Assembly (NCBI GenBank): GCA_963783385.1
Contig: CAWANJ010000001.1
Span: forward strand, 608,001-672,000
Direction of reading: 5' to 3'
DNA length: 64,000 bases
Origin: an uncultured Gemmatimonadales bacterium
GTDB lineage: Bacteria; Gemmatimonadota; Gemmatimonadetes; Palauibacterales; Palauibacteraceae
Shown: positions 60,361-64,000 of the stretch, piece after piece
Layout of the letters: each line of letters opens with the position of its first letter
Position numbering within the stretch: position 1 is the first letter of the stretch
The notes under the pieces: model-generated
Database searches by the model: none
What the model was told of the DNA's origin: nothing
Seen by the model: the letters and a program-made list of their open reading frames with translations, nothing else
Translations under genes and position numbers: made by a program

Positions 60361-61025
60361 CCGGACCTGCCGTGCCGCTCTCCGCGGCGGCGCGCGACGG
60401 TGAGACCGTCGCGCACCGGGACGATGACGGCGTCGAAACGCTCGTCCCGGGCCAGGCGCTCGTTGAAAGTGCGGATGGCGATGGTGGAGGCGTCCTCGTC
60501 GGACGGGTCGGCCACCCGTCCCTTCCACAGCGTGTTGTCCGCCACCAGGAGTCCACCGGGACCCAGGAGAGTGGCGGCCTCCTCCAGGTAGAAGGGGTAG
60601 CTCTCCTTGTCGGCGTCGATGAACACCAGGTCGAACGACGCACGTCCGGCCAGGTCCTCCAGCGTCTCGCGGGCGTCCCCGAGTCGCACCTCCGCCCGCC
60701 CCTCTTCGCCGGCCCGGGCCAGGGCCTCGTGCGCCAGCTCGGCGTGGGCCGGCTCCCGCTCGAGCGTCACCAGGCGCGCGTCGGAGGGGAGGAGCGACAG
60801 CAGCCACAGCCCCGAGTAGCCGCCCAGGGTGCCGATCTCGAGCAGCCGCCGCGCCCCGGCGGTCGCGGCGAGGAGGGCGAGGAGACGCCCCTCGAGGGCG
60901 GAGACGTGGATGAGCGGCAGATCACGGCGCTCGAGCTCCTCCCGGATCCACCGCATCGTGTCGGTCTCGGGCGCGTACAGGGTCTCGACGTATTCCGCGC
61001 AGCGCTCGAGCGTCGCCTCATCCAT
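60357..61025 (-). CDS. O-methyltransferase (CCoAOMT-like)
   Basis: LEIGTLGGYS, FDLVFIDADK, VADNTLW.G, RDGL. Confidence 0.92.
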   Translation of the reverse strand: MDEATLERCAEYVETLYAPETDTMRWIREELERRDLPLIHVSALEGRLLALLAATAGARRLLEIGTLGGYSGLWLLSLLPSDARLVTLEREPAHAELAHEALARAGEEGRAEVRLGDARETLEDLAGRASFDLVFIDADKESYPFYLEEAATLLGPGGLLVADNTLWKGRVADPSDEDASTIAIRTFNERLARDERFDAVIVPVRDGLTVARRRGERHGRSG

Positions 61026-61075
61026 GCGTGCCGTGTCCTTCCCGTTCGAGTGGATTCCGGTCGCGCGCGCTGGTG

Positions 61076-62582
61076 TCAGGGCGCACCCGGCCTCGCCGAC
61101 GGCCTCTCGGCCCGGCAGGCTCTCTCCGCCGCCCGCAGCCACACGCGCACCCGGGCCGGGCGCCCGGCGCGTGGATCCTGCCGCTCGGATCGCACCAGCG
61201 CCGTGACCCTCTCCTGCGGTGTTCGTGCCAGCGCGCACACGCCGCGCACGCTCCCCCGCCACAGCGCCGCCGCGTTGCGCGTGCCCATACCGCGGAGCGA
61301 GGCCAGCCGGGCGGCCCGGACCAGGGCGCCCGCGCGGCCGGGGGGGAGGCCGGCGCGGCGGCTCACAGCGGTTGAATCGGTCTTCGCCAGCACGCCAGGC
61401 CCCCGGAGGTCGGCGGCCTCGAGATGCCGGATCTCGGCCGGCCGCGCGCCGGGCAGGTCGGCGAGCCGCGGCGCCGCGGAGTCCACCGTCCACCGGTCGA
61501 GGCCGACCTGCACGGCGGCGCAGAACAGGAGCGCCAGGAGCACGGCGAGAGCGACGCGGCCCGCAAGAAGACCCGTCCCGCGTGAGCGCGGCGCCGAGGC
61601 GGACCCCGACGACTCCCGCGCTCCACCCCGGCACGGCCACGCCCAGGTTCGCGAGCGCCTGGTAGATCACGAAACAGTCGAGGGCGAACACCGGAAAGCC
61701 CAGAAAGCCGGGGAGCGGCATCTCGAACAGCTTGAGGTGCTCCAGACCCGGCACCGTGTAGATCCAGCGGGCCCCGGCCAGCCGGTTGTAGCCCTCCCAC
61801 AGGAGTCCGATGCCGGCGCCGCCCGCCAGCAGGCGAACGATCCGCGTCCAGCTCCCCCGCGCCAGGTCGCCGAGCAGCGAGCTGCCCGGGTCCCGGGCGT
61901 GGTTAAAGGGCTCGAGGAGGAGGGTCGAGGCGCCCCAGATGAGGGGGAAGAAGGCGTCCGGCCAGCGCAGCGCGAGGAGGACGAAGGCGGCCCCGAGGAG
62001 GAGGCAGACGGCGTAGTGCCCGCGCCCCACCCGGAATCCGGGCCGGCTCCAGCCCTGCGCCAGGCCGACCTCGTCCATCCAGCGCTGCGCCAGGTAGATG
62101 GCGGGGAGCACGGTGGCGAAGGCCACAATGGTCCCGGCCCAGCGCGGCAGGAGGGCGCCCGGGACGAACACGTAGTACCAGTCCGCCATCCTCAGGTTGA
62201 GGAGCTCGAACAGGTACCAGGTGGGTCCGGACCAGAACCACAGGGACAGCGCGAAGCGGGGCCGGGCCGCCAGGGGCGCGCTCCCCGTCCTCAGCGCCAG
62301 GCTGCCGTCCAGCAGGAGGAGGGTCGGGTACCAGGCGAACTGGAAGAACCAGTCGCGGAACGGCTGCATCCCGCGCGCGGCGAGGAGGATGGTGACGAAC
62401 AACGCCGCCGCGCCGAGGCCCACTTCCAGGGCGCCCCGGCGTCGGCCCGTCCCGCGCTCCGTTCCCGTCCCCCGGTCCGATCTCGTCCCAACCTCCCCCG
62501 CTCGAGCCTCCGACGCCTCCCGGCACGGCAGGATACGATGCCGGCGGCGGCGGCGAAAACGGCGCGTTCGGGTTGACGACAT
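61076..62582 (-). CDS. Membrane protein with C-terminal DUF4332-like domain (apparent frameshift near 61580)
   Basis: FELLNLR...W.Y, LWEGYN...WIY.VP...KLFEMPLPGFLGFP; C-terminal part ARLASLRGMG in another frame; start uncertain. Confidence 0.65.
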
Positions 62583-62667
62583 CGCGCGCTCGGGCGAATT
62601 TGACCGCTCGCGGCGCGGGAAGGGGTTCCGGGCCGCCACGCCACGCTCCGGGAGACGACCGAGACCA

Positions 62668-62941
62668 ATGCGCTACGTGACCATGACCGCGATCGCGCCC
62701 GAGGAGGTCCTCGCGCGCGCCCGACATTTCTTCGCCCGGAACACCCAGCTGGAGCTGGTCGAGGAGCAGGAGGACGAGCTCGTGTTCCAGGGCGAGATCG
62801 GGCGCGCCGTCCTTCGCGTGGACCGCGAGCACGGCCGCACCAACGTCCACGTGGAGACCGACCGCGTGGTGGGACTCGAATGTCACCGACATCGCCAAGC
62901 GCTTCCTGTACACGCTCCGGATCGAGGGACAGAAGGTATGA
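62668..62941 (+). CDS. Small hypothetical protein (apparent 1-nt frameshift at 62879-62880)
   Basis: MRYVTMTAIAPEEVLARA...VVGL(D)VTDIAKRFLYTL; corrected stop overlaps next ATG (ATGA). Confidence 0.65.
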
Positions 62942-63279
62942 CCGCCGACGCGAAGGCCCATCGCGACCGCTCGGCCGGACGATCCTGGCGGGAGAGCAGC
63001 TCCGAGGAGACCGTGACCCTCCGGCTCATCATGCCGGACCACTGGCTCGAGCAGGTGACCGAGCTCCCGCTCGGCACGACCGTCCAGGAGGCCAAGCGAC
63101 TCGGGCTCCGCGACCTCCTGCAGCGCGACACCGACCGTCCCGGCGATTTCTACGTGGAGTACGCGGAGCGGCGGGTCCCCGACGAGTCCATCACGCTGGC
63201 CGAGGTCGGCGCCCAGGACGGCGAGATCCTCTCCATCCGGGCCTACGACCTGGGCCACTACCCCCGGTTCACGGGGTAG
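62938..63279 (+). CDS. Ubiquitin-like (beta-grasp, YukD/EsaB-like) protein
   Basis: TVTLRL, TTVQEAK helix start, DESITLAEVGAQDGEILSI match the ubiquitin-fold pattern. Confidence 0.65.
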   Translation: MTADAKAHRDRSAGRSWRESSSEETVTLRLIMPDHWLEQVTELPLGTTVQEAKRLGLRDLLQRDTDRPGDFYVEYAERRVPDESITLAEVGAQDGEILSIRAYDLGHYPRFTG

Positions 63280-63327
63280 TCGGGGCGCTCGGCCCGGAGC
63301 GGCCAGCCCCTCGCTCGATCCCTCCCC

Positions 63328-64000
63328 TCACTCGTCCGGGTGGCGCTGGAAGTAGCTCCGCGTCTCCCGGAACACGATCCCCGACAGCAGCAGCAGTCCG
63401 ATCAGGTTGGGGAACGCCATCAGCCCGTTCATGATGTCCGATAGGAGCCACACCACCTGGATGGGCCGCGCCGCGGCAATGGCGATGACGACCACGAACA
63501 CGAGCCGGTAGGGCACCACGACCTTCTCGCCGAACAGGTACTCGAGGTTGCGCTCGCCGTAGTAGGACCAGCCCAGCATCGTACTGAAGGCGAAGATGGC
63601 CAGGCTGAAGGCGACGACGTAGCCGCCCCACTCGCCGGGGAGCCCGGTGCGGAAGGCGTGCTGGGTGAGGTTGGCGCCGTTGAGCCCCGGCTCCTGCCAC
63701 GCCCCGGTCGACAGGATCACGATGCCGGTGAAGGTGCACACCACGATCGTGTCGATGAAGGTCTGGGTCATGGAGACGAGCGCCTGGCGCACGGGCTCGT
63801 CGGTCTGCGCGGCGGCCGCCGCGATTCCGCCCGTCCCCAGCCCCGACTCGTTCGAGAAGATCCCGCGCGCCACCCCGAAGCGCATGGCCTGGAGGACCGT
63901 GTAGCCCAGCGCCCCGCCGGCCATGGCCACGGGTTCGAACGCTCCCTGGAAGACGAGCGCGAAGGCGTGCGCGACGCCGTGCCGGTTGATGACGATGATC
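63328..64000 (-). CDS. Sodium:alanine symporter (AGCS family), 3' part
   Basis: GVARGIFSNESGLG, FIDTIVVCTFT, FAFSTMLGWSYYGE, NGLMAFPNLIG. Confidence 0.93.
   Translation of the reverse strand, partial: IIVINRHGVAHAFALVFQGAFEPVAMAGGALGYTVLQAMRFGVARGIFSNESGLGTGGIAAAAAQTDEPVRQALVSMTQTFIDTIVVCTFTGIVILSTGAWQEPGLNGANLTQHAFRTGLPGEWGGYVVAFSLAIFAFSTMLGWSYYGERNLEYLFGEKVVVPYRLVFVVVIAIAAARPIQVVWLLSDIMNGLMAFPNLIGLLLLSGIVFRETRSYFQRHPDE

Noticed and set aside
60357-62639. 760-aa membrane protein-O-methyltransferase fusion
   Set aside because: The linker is out-of-frame Arg/Pro-rich sequence; the real C-terminal domain is in another frame ending at 61076
62197-63279. 360-aa ORF fusing the small protein and the Ubl
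   Set aside because: N-terminal part is antisense shadow; one-base correction gives two coupled genes

Overview
High-GC (about 70% by eye) bacterial chromosomal window, Gemmatimonadota-like by gene content (inference). I found no rRNA, tRNA, CRISPR array, integrase or transposase. Contents: (i) a type IV pilus locus in two same-strand blocks, comEA-pilB-pilT-pilC (39.2-44.4 kb) and pilS-pilR-pilA (5.2-9.0 kb), followed by three GT-C-type membrane glycosyltransferases; (ii) about 30 kb of mostly secreted/envelope and accessory genes between those blocks, plus csp, prfC and a stand-alone LigD polymerase; (iii) tdh/kbl, class I aldolase, rpe, MoeB-rhodanese, a serA/class V aminotransferase pair, an O-methyltransferase and an alanine symporter. 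The best candidate for an undescribed system is a five-gene operon at 50.3-54.3 kb: Cys/His-rich leader ORF ending in polyproline, outer-membrane beta-barrel, His-containing 4-TM protein, FMN-bind-like protein lacking the flavinylation motif, and SCO protein. The barrel and the 4-TM protein share an identical 9-aa motif (STTQALDLS). Also notable are several sigma54 promoters in front of exported proteins and a ubiquitin-like gene near an unpartnered MoeB. Four frameshifts look like assembly errors; three create false fusions in the ORF track. All calls are from reading the sequence; no database searches were run.
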